A stretch of DNA of 64,000 nucleotides, taken from the NCBI GenBank assembly GCA_964535215.1, contig CAZHST010000001.1, positions 82,621 through 146,620 of the forward strand, in the 5' to 3' direction. Each line of letters opens with the position of its first letter. Position 1 is the stretch's first letter. Made by a program: the position numbers and the translations under genes. Below are positions 43,397 to 53,180 of this stretch, in pieces. Source of the stretch: an uncultured bacterium. Its GTDB lineage: Bacteria; Methylomirabilota; Methylomirabilia; Methylomirabilales; JACQHM01. The notes under the pieces were generated by a model that had not been told where the DNA came from, did no database searches, and worked only from the letters and a program-made list of their open reading frames with translations.

Positions 43397-43614
43397 GTTC
43401 CTACCTCCTTCCGGGTCTCCCCCCTGATCGCCTCCGGCTCCCCGCCGGAGGCCGATGCCAGCCGGACGGTGATCTCCTTGAAGAAGGGGCACTCCCTGTA
43501 CCCCTCCCCCGTGCAGGGGCTTCTGGTGGTGATCTGGTGCTTGGGGACCAGCTTCCTCACCGGATAGGCCCGGCAGTAGACCATCACGATCTCTTCCAAA
43601 AAGGGGCACGGCAT
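43393..43614 (-). CDS. Small Cys-rich protein (73 aa) of unknown function
   Basis: ATG 43614 after GAGGAG. MPCPFLEEIVMVYCRAYP...SPCTGEGYRECPFF has four Cys residues in a metal-site-like arrangement. First gene after the sigma-54-like promoter. Confidence 0.5.
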   Translation of the reverse strand: MPCPFLEEIVMVYCRAYPVRKLVPKHQITTRSPCTGEGYRECPFFKEITVRLASASGGEPEAIRGETRKEVGT

Positions 43615-43659
43615 GGCTTCCCGCTCCTCTCCCATCGGTCCCACCAGGGCTTTGAATGA

Positions 43660-43674
43660 TCAATTGCCGTGCCA
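43660..43674 (-). promoter_or_regulatory. Sigma-54-like promoter (TGGCAC-N5-TTGA) for the hdr/mvh/etf operon
   Basis: The minus strand reads tTGGCACggcaaTTGAtc. The -24 element is perfect; the -12 element has GA instead of GC. It lies 46 nt upstream of ATG 43614. Confidence 0.5.
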
Positions 43675-43675
43675 A

Positions 43676-43721
43676 TCAAAAGCGAAAGGGGCCGCCTCCT
43701 CCCTTCGAAGAAGCGGCCTCT
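43676..43721 (-). terminator. Rho-independent terminator candidate after the NtrC-type regulator gene
   Basis: On the minus strand: AGAGGCCGC, a 17-nt loop, GCGGCCCCT (9 bp including one G-T pair), followed by TTCGCTTTTGATT. Confidence 0.45.
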
Positions 43722-43774
43722 GTAAGGCTCTTTTTAAAATCCCCATCCTGCCCTGGGGGCAGGAGAGGGGAGCT

Positions 43775-43789
43775 GTTGAAAAGTTCAAC
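43775..43789. promoter_or_regulatory. Palindrome GTTGAA-AAG-TTCAAC, candidate enhancer (UAS) for the sigma-54 promoter
   Basis: Perfect 6+3+6 palindrome about 100-115 nt upstream (in the minus sense) of the -24/-12 element. Confidence 0.3.
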
Positions 43790-43873
43790 GGATCGTGTTG
43801 GCGGTTTCCATGAAAACGGCCTCTTTCCTTGCCATTCCCCCTGTTGAGGATTCCAACGGCCCTGTTGCGGGGT

Positions 43874-45241
<1,368 letters not shown>

Positions 45242-45247
45242 GGCGGA

Positions 45248-45805
45248 TCACCCCTTTGCCAGAAGCTCTTTCAAGAAGCGCCGGCAGTCCCGGCAGAGAT
45301 CACCGGTCTTCCTGTCCACGTCCAGGACGGTGTTGGACCGGCTCATGACACAGTGAGCGAACGGGCAGTGGATCAGGCCGAAGGTGTGCCCCAGCTCGTG
45401 GGTGCACTCCTTCAGGAGCCTCATCCGGAACAGGGACGGGGAGGCAGGGGAGCCGTCTATCTCCAACCGGAGGCGGGCGGTGGAGACCACGGCCCCTATC
45501 CCCCCGAGCTGGGCCTCGCCGAAGACGAAGGTCAGGACCGGGATGTACAGGTCGCCGTCGGTCAAGGCGACGACCTTTCTGGCATCGGCGGGGACATCCT
45601 GGAGGAGCCAGCGGAGGATCCGGGTGGAGGAGTACTGGCCTCGGGCAGGGTCAAAGGCATCCGGCGGCCTGTCATTCACCTGCCTGATCCTGGCCGGGAT
45701 GCTGAACGTCCCCTCGATGTGGTCCTTCACCTCTTTCAGCATACCTTCCTCCATCCGGCTGTTCCCGATCCACTGGAGGTAGATGTAGAAGATGAAGCCC
45801 GTCAT
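45248..45805 (-). CDS. Archaemetzincin-like zinc metallopeptidase (M54)
   Basis: Full signature HELGHTFGLIHCPFAHCVMS...CRDC, that is HExxHxxGxxHCxxxxCxM...CxxC. Confidence 0.8.
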   Translation of the reverse strand: MTGFIFYIYLQWIGNSRMEEGMLKEVKDHIEGTFSIPARIRQVNDRPPDAFDPARGQYSSTRILRWLLQDVPADARKVVALTDGDLYIPVLTFVFGEAQLGGIGAVVSTARLRLEIDGSPASPSLFRMRLLKECTHELGHTFGLIHCPFAHCVMSRSNTVLDVDRKTGDLCRDCRRFLKELLAKG

Positions 45806-45815
45806 AAGGGCCTAC

Positions 45816-47417
45816 CTATTTTGCTTGATCGGCCCAGGGGAGCCGGACGATGACAGAAGTCCCCTTCCCGACCCAGCTTTTCACCTCAATCCTCCCCCCG
45901 TGTCGGTCCACGATGCCGTAGACGACCGAGAGGCCCAGGCCGGTCCCCTTCTCCTTGGTGGTGAAGAAGGGATCGAAGATCTTGGGAAGATGCTCCGGGG
46001 GGATGCCGACCCCCGTGTCGGCGAACTCCACCTCCACCACCCCTGCTTCGGGGAGGAAGCGGGAGGCAACGGTCAGGGTCCCTCCTCTCTCCATGGCCTC
46101 GCAGGCATTCAAGGCGATGTTCACGAAGGCCTGCCGAAGTTGCCCGAAGTCGGCCCTCGTGGGGGGGAGGGCGCCCAGACGTTTCTCCAGGGTGATCCCC
46201 TGGATGGCCATCCGGTTCGAGAGGAGGGAAAGGGCCTCGAGGAGCACGGCGTTCAGGTCCACCTCCTGGAACGAGGGCTCCCGCTGCCTGGCAAAGTCCA
46301 GGAGGTTCCTCACGATGGTGGTGCACCGCTCGGCCTCCCGCTCGATCAAGGCCAGGGACTTCAGGATTTGAGCCGGGGTCTCCTGATCGGCGGGACCGGT
46401 TTTCAACCTCCGGGTCAAAAGCTTGGCGTAGGTGAGAATCCCGGAAAGGGGGTTGTTGATCTCGTGGGCGATGGAGGCGGCGAGTTTCCCTAAGGAGGCC
46501 AGCTTCTCCGACTGGATGAGCTGGGCCTGGGTCTCCTGGAGGGCCCTTGTCCGCTCCTCGATCCGCTCCTCCAGGGTCTCCACCAGCGCGGCCAGCTCCC
46601 CCCTGGCCTTCTGGAGGGCCGAGGTCATCTCATTGAACGATGCGGCGAGAGCCCCGATCTCATCCCTCGTCCGGACAGGGATCATGTAGTCTAAATCCCC
46701 CTGGGCCACCCGCTGGGTCCCCTCGACCAGGTCTTTGACGGGCCTGATCACCCCCCGCTGGAGGAAGAGGCCGAGGATGCTCAGGATGAACAGGGTCATC
46801 CCCCCGGCGAAGAGGACCATCTTCCGGGCCATGGCGGCAACCTCAGCATCCACCTGGGCAAGGGAGAGGCCGATGTCCAGGACCCCTAAGACCCTTTTGG
46901 TCGGGGGGTGGGCATGGCAGCCCCCTTGGCTGCAGCTCGGCTCGTTGTAGATGGGGGTGATCATGCCGAGGATCCGTTCCCCCTGGGGGCTTGTGAAGAT
47001 CCTCGCCCGCTCCGGAAGCCTCAGGCGCTCCAGGGGCTTCTCCGCCGCATGGCAGGCGTAGCAGGATTCGGCCCGCTTGTCCACGACCCCCCCCACCTCC
47101 AGCCGGTCGGTGGAGAAGAGGATCGTCCCTTCTTTATTAAAGATCCGGACCCTGGCGACCCCCTCCTGCTTGCCGATGGCATCCATGATGTGGTAGGCCA
47201 TCTCCCACTGGTTCTCCAGCATGGCGTAGCGGGTACTCCGCTTCACCGTATCGCTGAACTGGGAGGCGCCCCGGATGACCTCGTTGATCAGTTGGTTTCG
47301 CTGGGTCGTGATGCTGATCCAGGCGAAGACCCCGATGGTCAGGAGGGAGGCCACGCCGACAACGGCCATAAGCTTAAGGCTTAAGCGGTTCCACTTAAGG
47401 TGAAGGAATTGGCGCAT
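45816..47417 (-). CDS. Sensor histidine kinase (HAMP, HisKA, HATPase) with two haem-c-type motifs in the periplasmic domain
   Basis: Two TM helices flank a domain containing ESCYACHAAE (CxxCH) and PSCSQGGCHAHP (Cx4CH). H-box IAHEINNPL. N/G boxes present. Confidence 0.9.
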   Translation of the reverse strand: MRQFLHLKWNRLSLKLMAVVGVASLLTIGVFAWISITTQRNQLINEVIRGASQFSDTVKRSTRYAMLENQWEMAYHIMDAIGKQEGVARVRIFNKEGTILFSTDRLEVGGVVDKRAESCYACHAAEKPLERLRLPERARIFTSPQGERILGMITPIYNEPSCSQGGCHAHPPTKRVLGVLDIGLSLAQVDAEVAAMARKMVLFAGGMTLFILSILGLFLQRGVIRPVKDLVEGTQRVAQGDLDYMIPVRTRDEIGALAASFNEMTSALQKARGELAALVETLEERIEERTRALQETQAQLIQSEKLASLGKLAASIAHEINNPLSGILTYAKLLTRRLKTGPADQETPAQILKSLALIEREAERCTTIVRNLLDFARQREPSFQEVDLNAVLLEALSLLSNRMAIQGITLEKRLGALPPTRADFGQLRQAFVNIALNACEAMERGGTLTVASRFLPEAGVVEVEFADTGVGIPPEHLPKIFDPFFTTKEKGTGLGLSVVYGIVDRHGGRIEVKSWVGKGTSVIVRLPWADQAK

Positions 47418-47469
47418 GAGCGTTCCTTGTGGTAGAGTTATCTCCAGGAAGCGTTTAAAGTCTAACGTT

Positions 47470-47514
47470 CAAAGTTCAAGGGGCAACGTTTACCGTTCTG
47501 AACCTTGAACCTTG
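47470..47514. repeat. Inverted repeat CAAAGTTCAAGG / CCTTGAACCTTG (12 bp, one mismatch) built from GTTCAA units
   Basis: The arms are 47470-47481 and 47503-47514. The 21-nt spacer contains AACG-TTTAC-CGTT. Located between the stop at 47527 and the kinase start at 47417. Confidence 0.5.
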
Positions 47515-47526
47515 TACTGTTTACCT

Positions 47527-47838
47527 TTATCCTTCCTCCTTGGGTTGAGCCTCCGGCTCGGCCAGAAGGTGGCTTAAGGCCTTGCGGGCGAAAAGGAGGA
47601 GCTTCCTCCCGGCGAAGCCGAAGACCATCGCAAAGCCAATGAAGGGGAGGAAGACCACATAGAGTGCCCCCATTAAGGGTCCAAGGAGCATCACTAGGGG
47701 GAAGGGAACCCGGACGTAGCGGAGGTCATCCCCGCCGGGGAGGACCCCGCCTCCTTTAGGGATGGTGACCAGCTCCCATCGGGAGAGGTTCCAGTAGAAG
47801 CCGACCTCGACCCAACTGCTTCCGTGATAGCGAGCCAT
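47527..47838 (-). CDS. Small membrane protein of unknown function (paralog of 42431..42730)
   Basis: ATG 47838 after GAGGAGGTGAAAG. MARYHGSSWVEVGFYWNLSRWELVTIPKGGGVL, then a hydrophobic hairpin. Confidence 0.55.
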   Translation of the reverse strand: MARYHGSSWVEVGFYWNLSRWELVTIPKGGGVLPGGDDLRYVRVPFPLVMLLGPLMGALYVVFLPFIGFAMVFGFAGRKLLLFARKALSHLLAEPEAQPKEEG

Positions 47839-47991
47839 GGCTTTCACCTCCTCTTCGAGGGTTGATCCGGTAGCCTTTCTCCACTTTGAAGATACATCGG
47901 GGGAAGGGGGGAGGCTATCGGGAAGGGATCCTGGAAGGGGGGGGAAGAACACCCTGGTTGTCAGGGAAAAAGTCCCTAGCGGAGAGATGAG

Positions 47992-49491
<1,500 letters not shown>

Positions 49492-49598
49492 CGGGTGGTG
49501 GGACACCCGTTCCCCGGCCTTTGAAGAGATGTCCCAAGGGGCCAATCCTGTATTTTTGAGAGATTAGGCCGAAATTGCCCTGTCTGGTGGGGAAGGGG

Positions 49599-49612
49599 TG
49601 CCCCATGGGGCA
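49599..49612. promoter_or_regulatory. Perfect 14-bp palindrome TGCCCCATGGGGCA, candidate enhancer or operator
   Basis: Self-complementary. It lies about 75-85 nt upstream of the sigma-54 -24 element at 49685. Confidence 0.3.
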
Positions 49613-49684
49613 GGTTCTCCACCGGCCCCCCGCCTTTTTCCTTGGAAATCCAACAGTTAGCGCCAGGCTTTGAAGCGGTGAGGA

Positions 49685-49700
49685 TGGCATCCTTCTTGCT
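49685..49700 (+). promoter_or_regulatory. Sigma-54 promoter (TGGCAT-N5-TTGCT)
   Basis: gaTGGCATccttcTTGCTcctt lies 85 nt upstream of GTG 49785. Nearly the same flanks as the site at 52446. Confidence 0.65.
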
Positions 49701-49784
49701 CCTTGCGTTGCAGGCTCTTTGTGAAGGATGTCACGGAGATTTCAGGATTCGGGATAGGGGTGGTGTCATCTGACGGGGGTTCAG

Positions 49785-51761
49785 GTGAAAAGGGCCTTTT
49801 GGCCTGGGGCGTTCCTCCTTATCTTCCAGGGGCTGCTCCCCTCTTCGGCCCTCTCCCATGGCGAGCATGGAGGGGCTGTGCCGCCTGAGGGGGGTGTCTC
49901 CTTGGTGAGCGTCTACGGCTATCAGGTGGAGCTTCTGACCAGCCCTGCCCCGGTCCGGGTTGGAACGGCGACGAGGATCGTTGCCAAGATCCAGAAGGAA
50001 GGTTCCCTCTCCCCTGTCCGGGGTGGCCGGGTCTTTATCAGGCTGGAGCCGACCAGGGAGGGGGTCTCCTCTCCACCGCCCCCCCCGGACCTTTCGGGGT
50101 ACCTCCTTGCCCCGGAGGAGACCTGGGCCGGGAACTATACCGCCAAGGTGACCCCCGGACGGAAAGGCCTCCACCTGGTCAGGGTTGTCATCCAAGAGCT
50201 TGGCGGGGAGAGGTTCGAGCCGCCGGTCGTTGTGGACTTCCGGCTGAACGTCGGTCCCCCCGGGGGGATCAGGGGGAGCTTCCTTGTCCTGACCCTGATC
50301 GCCCTGGCGACAGCAGGGGTTGGGGTCTTTGCCTTTGCTGTGAAGGCCAGGTATGGGGTGAGGGCCTCCCGCCTCGACCTTCTCACCCTCCCGTGGCTGA
50401 AAAAGCTCCTCCTCTCCAAGTTCCTCCAGCCTTCCCTCCAGATCCCCCTTCTGCTCCTGATGATCCTCCTGGTGGTCGTCGGCTTCGTGGATACCCAGGA
50501 CGGCGGGAGGAACCTGGCCACGAAGCTCATCTGGACCCTCTGGTGGCCGGGGATCATCTTCACCTTCATCCTGGTCGGCCGCCTCTGGTGCTTCATGTGC
50601 CCCTTTGGGGCCTTAAACGAGTGGCCGGCGAGGCTGACGAAGCCGACCCGGATGCTCCCGAGGGCCCTCAGGAACCTCTGGCCGGCCACGGGGATGTTTG
50701 TCCTTTTAACCTGGGCTGACGAGCAGTTGGGCGTTGTCCGGTCCCCCCAGGTGACGGCCTGGATCATCCTCTTCTTCGCGGCCCTGGCTCTTTTCATCGG
50801 CTTTCTTTACCAGCGGCGGAGCTTCTGCCGCTACCTCTGCCCGATCGGGGGGGTCATCGGGATCTACTCGATGCTGGCCCCCGTGGAGCTTCGGGCCAAG
50901 GCCCAGGCCGTGTGTAAGGGGGATCCGTCGAAGGCTTGCTACCGGGGGAGCGAGACAGGATACGGCTGCCCCATGTTCGAGTTCCCGTTAACCATGGATC
51001 GAAACACCTACTGTAACCTCTGCTTTGAGTGCGTCAAGGCCTGCCCGAAGGAGAACCTGGCCCTCCGGTTCCGGGCCTTCGGGCAGGACCTCTGGGCCAC
51101 CTCGAAAAGGTTGCTGGACGAATCCTACTTCGCCATCGCCTTGGTCGGGATCACCACCCTCGTCACGGCCCAGATGCTGACGGCCTGGCCCCCCTTCATC
51201 TCCTGGATGGCCCGGTTCCTCGGTCCGATCCGGGGCTTCTTAAAGCCCATCACCTATCTGACCCTGACCGAATCGGCGGTGTTCCTGATCGGCTCCCTGG
51301 TCCTCTTCCCCCTTCTCCTCCTCTTGGCCGCCCGTTTTGCGGACCCGACGGGGGGGAAGGATGTGAGGAGGACCTTCATCCTCTTCGGTTACATGTTCGT
51401 TCCGATCGGGCTTGCCATGCACCTCTCCCACAACCTCTCCCATCTGTTGATCGAAGGGCCGGGGATCGTTCCGGTGGTGCAGCGTTTCATCGGCACCTTC
51501 ACCCCCTTCTCGTTAGGAGAGCCGGTGTGGGAGACAACCCCTTTGCTCGAGGGATCGGTCATCTACTGGCTCCAGATGTTTCTGCTCCTCCTCTTCTTCG
51601 CCTTCTCCATCAAGGTAGGAGAACGGCTCGTCTCAAACTTCTATGGCGATGATCCAGCGGGAGGCCGGGTCCTGGTCCCGATGGTGGCTTTGGCGTTTCT
51701 CTTCACGGTCTTGAACCTTTACCTCCTCGGCCTCCCCATGGGGATGAGGCACGGGATGTAA
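49785..51761 (+). CDS. NapH/NosR/CcoG-like membrane polyferredoxin with an N-terminal periplasmic Ig-like (YtkA/FixH-like) domain
   Basis: Signal peptide plus HGEHGG. Motifs: LWCFMCPFG, CRYLCPIGG and CNLCFECVKACP. Multiple TM helices. Confidence 0.7.
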   Translation: MKRAFWPGAFLLIFQGLLPSSALSHGEHGGAVPPEGGVSLVSVYGYQVELLTSPAPVRVGTATRIVAKIQKEGSLSPVRGGRVFIRLEPTREGVSSPPPPPDLSGYLLAPEETWAGNYTAKVTPGRKGLHLVRVVIQELGGERFEPPVVVDFRLNVGPPGGIRGSFLVLTLIALATAGVGVFAFAVKARYGVRASRLDLLTLPWLKKLLLSKFLQPSLQIPLLLLMILLVVVGFVDTQDGGRNLATKLIWTLWWPGIIFTFILVGRLWCFMCPFGALNEWPARLTKPTRMLPRALRNLWPATGMFVLLTWADEQLGVVRSPQVTAWIILFFAALALFIGFLYQRRSFCRYLCPIGGVIGIYSMLAPVELRAKAQAVCKGDPSKACYRGSETGYGCPMFEFPLTMDRNTYCNLCFECVKACPKENLALRFRAFGQDLWATSKRLLDESYFAIALVGITTLVTAQMLTAWPPFISWMARFLGPIRGFLKPITYLTLTESAVFLIGSLVLFPLLLLLAARFADPTGGKDVRRTFILFGYMFVPIGLAMHLSHNLSHLLIEGPGIVPVVQRFIGTFTPFSLGEPVWETTPLLEGSVIYWLQMFLLLLFFAFSIKVGERLVSNFYGDDPAGGRVLVPMVALAFLFTVLNLYLLGLPMGMRHGM

Positions 51762-51777
51762 GGGAAAGGAGGAAACG

Positions 51778-52233
51778 ATGGGAAAGCAGAAGAAACACCC
51801 GAAGGGGAAAAAAGGGGGTGGTCGCTTTCCCCTGAAGGTCCTGATCGTCTTGGCCGTCCTGGGGGTGGCAGGGGGGTTCTTCTTCTTCCGGTCCGGGTCC
51901 GAGGGGCCGAAGGGATCCAAGGTCGCTGCCCGGGGGGCCCTCGTCCGGAAGGAAACCAGGCCGACCCTTTCCCCTTCCCTCTTCGTCGGCAAGGTAGCAT
52001 GGGCCTATGAGGTGGCCAGGGAGATCCCCGAGGTCCTGGATCAACTCTACTGCTACTGCTACTGCGATAAGCACTCCGGCCACAAGAGCCTCCTCTCCTG
52101 CTACACCGACGGCCACGCGGCCGACTGCGACATCTGCATGGATGAGGCGCTGGAGGCGTCTCGACTGTACAAGCAGGGAAAGAGTGTCCAGGAGATCCGG
52201 GCGAAGATTGACCGGCAGTTCGCCCGGTGGTGA
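51778..52233 (+). CDS. Membrane-anchored Cys-rich protein of the PCYCGC-motif type (CYCYCDKHSGH)
   Basis: N-terminal basic region plus a TM helix. LYCYCYCDKHSGHKSLLSCY...HAADCDIC. Confidence 0.6.
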   Translation: MGKQKKHPKGKKGGGRFPLKVLIVLAVLGVAGGFFFFRSGSEGPKGSKVAARGALVRKETRPTLSPSLFVGKVAWAYEVAREIPEVLDQLYCYCYCDKHSGHKSLLSCYTDGHAADCDICMDEALEASRLYKQGKSVQEIRAKIDRQFARW

Positions 52234-52445
52234 GGGGGGTCCTCGAGCCGTTGGGGCTTTCATGTCTCAGTGGGACAGGGATGCCCCGGCTCTAAAGTTC
52301 TCTCCCATAAGGGCTTGGACCCTCTCTCCCCTCGCCTGGTAGGGCACCTCTGCCCCGTTTTCCTCTCTTCATGAGCGCTTGGTGCCCACAGGCGCCTAAA
52401 CCCTTTAGAGGAGCTTGGTCTCTTAAACCGCCCGAGTCTTCCGGC

Positions 52446-52461
52446 TGGCATAGTCCTTGCT
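52446..52461 (+). promoter_or_regulatory. Sigma-54 promoter (TGGCAT-N5-TTGCT)
   Basis: gcTGGCATagtccTTGCTcctt lies 36-45 nt upstream of the GTG 52497 / ATG 52506 starts of the DtxR-like gene. Confidence 0.6.
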
Positions 52462-52496
52462 CCTTTTCTTCGAGAGGATTCGCCTGAGCCCTTCAG

Positions 52497-53180
52497 GTGC
52501 CGTCAATGAGGGACTGGAAGGAGGGACGGATTCCATCACCTTTCCTGGAATGTCTGGAGGCGATCTACCGCCTGGAGCGGGAAGGGGTATCCGTCTCACC
52601 ATCCCGCCTGGCGAAAAGGCTCGGACTCGGGGAGGCCCGGGTGATGGAGAGGCTCCTGGCCTTACAAGGGATGGGCCTGGTCGAGACCTCCCCCTCGGGC
52701 CGGGTCCTTCTCACCCCCGGGGGCGAGCAGATCGCCGTCGGGTTGGTCAGGAAGCACCGGCTTCTCGAGCGCTTCCTGGCCGATCTCCTGGGGCTCCCCT
52801 GGGAAGAGGTCCACGAAGAGGCCTGCCGCTTGACGCCGGTCCTCTCCGATCGTGTCGGGGATCGCCTGGCGTCCTTGTTAGGGCATCCCAAGACCTGCCC
52901 CCATGGCAACCCGATCCCGTCCCCCGATGGGGTCTTTCCCGCCGAAGCCTCTGTTGCCCTTCACCGTCTGACGCAGGGGAAGGTCGGGATCATCCTGAGG
53001 ATTGAAAAGGAAGAACCGGAGCTGTTGAAGTACCTTGCCACCTTGGGCCTCCTCCCCCAGACGAAGGTGGAGGTGGAGGAGGTGGCCCCCATGGGCGGCC
53101 CGGTCCTGATCCGGGTCGGGGGGTCCCGGTACGCCCTGGGGCGGGAGGTGGCATCGAAGATCCTCGTCAAGGAGATCTAG
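52497..53180 (+). CDS. DtxR/IdeR/MntR-family metal-dependent repressor with a C-terminal FeoA/SH3-like domain
   Basis: HTH, then the metal-site region VRKHRLLERFL...EEVHEEACRL.H and CPHGNPIP. C-terminal segment LTQGKVGIILRI. An alternative start is ATG 52506. Confidence 0.85.
   Translation: MPSMRDWKEGRIPSPFLECLEAIYRLEREGVSVSPSRLAKRLGLGEARVMERLLALQGMGLVETSPSGRVLLTPGGEQIAVGLVRKHRLLERFLADLLGLPWEEVHEEACRLTPVLSDRVGDRLASLLGHPKTCPHGNPIPSPDGVFPAEASVALHRLTQGKVGIILRIEKEEPELLKYLATLGLLPQTKVEVEEVAPMGGPVLIRVGGSRYALGREVASKILVKEI

Noticed and set aside
47461-47520. GTTCAAGG-type sequences that superficially resemble a tRNA T-arm.
   Set aside because: No acceptor, D or anticodon stems can be drawn around them. 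They are better explained as an inverted repeat.
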